A stretch of 64,000 bases of DNA from a virus. The stretch lies in IMG/VR virus record IMGVR_UViG_3300029953_000001; one strand, 5' to 3'. The position numbers and the translations under genes were made by a program. This document shows, one piece after another, positions 63,638 through 64,000 of the stretch. The first letter of the stretch is position 1. Each line of letters starts with the position of its first letter. The notes under the pieces were generated by a model that had not been told where the DNA came from, searched no databases, and saw nothing but the letters and a program-made list of their open reading frames with translations.

Positions 63638-64000
63638 TAAATGGGACGCCCTTAGTCGCCGCCCAACGCTTCCTCACACACCAAGAGTTAAATTCAGGGC
63701 TACGTTCCCTGTTACGTGCAGACCGCTTTTGCCTTGTTTCTTCAGAGACAGGTCTACCAATTGCCTTCTGTCGAATCTTTTCTATTGCAGAATCTGAGGG
63801 TCTGCCGGGGCGGAGGTGCCCCTGTAGTAGGGATGTATAGCCATTACGTTGCAATTGACTTAAACACTCAGGTCGTTTAGCACGCTGCTTAGCTGAAACC
63901 GACATCCGAGCCTTGGCTTGTTCTGATTTTGCTACACCTTTCAAAGCAGTCGATAGTTTGGGGAACTTTTTGCCTAACTTAGCTGCGGATATACGCCGAC
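63591..64000 (-). CDS. Partial gene (N-terminus beyond window end): basic NUMOD-like DNA-binding C-terminal region of a probable homing endonuclease
   Basis: Frame stays open upstream of the listed TTG start to position 64000. Repeated G...S.E...K basic modules (GRPVSEETRQKRSARN) resemble I-TevI/Seg-type C-terminal domains. Confidence 0.35.
   Translation of the reverse strand, partial: RRISAAKLGKKFPKLSTALKGVAKSEQAKARMSVSAKQRAKRPECLSQLQRNGYTSLLQGHLRPGRPSDSAIEKIRQKAIGRPVSEETRQKRSARNRERSPEFNSWCVRKRWAATKGVPFSEPKPQVYLEQSNAA

Noticed and set aside
1-64000. CRISPR arrays, integrase/attachment genes, T4-type late promoters (TATAAATA)
   Set aside because: No spaced direct-repeat array, no tyrosine/serine recombinase motifs and no recurrent TATAAATA upstream of late genes were seen.

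Overview
This window reads as part of a large tailed dsDNA phage genome (myovirus-like, about 52-55% GC). The call rests on AAGGAG Shine-Dalgarno sites, a virion protein module, many homing endonucleases and a tRNA island. Nearly every gene is on the minus strand. The one exception is a plus-strand cassette at 7.6-9.1 kb (a GIY-YIG endonuclease plus two small genes). Layout: 1-29 kb, a virion/morphogenesis module (putative capsid, acidic scaffold-like proteins, an 1180-aa structural protein, tail/baseplate candidates) interrupted by homing endonucleases and an intein. 29-45 kb, auxiliary metabolism (NadV + NatV NAD+ salvage, a UvrD-like helicase, a P-loop kinase) and ADP-ribosyltransferase-like genes. 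45-57 kb, a translation/RNA island (at least 7 tRNA or tRNA-like genes, an RNA ligase, two PTH2-like peptidyl-tRNA hydrolases, a tmRNA 3'-end-like element, a conserved promoter family and a promoter-fed 0.8 kb ORF-less region). 57-64 kb, PARP-like ADP-ribosyltransferase, ParB-like nuclease, large Zn-ribbon protein, collagen-repeat fibre protein, Dps. The most unusual signals are a tRNA with a CUA (amber-reading) anticodon paired with a PTH2-like gene whose conserved N-terminus is only reachable by reading through an in-frame TAG at codon 3, and a candidate large ncRNA. RNA features were found by hand and their coordinates are approximate (a few nt either way). Protein calls rest on motifs recognised by eye, not on database searches.
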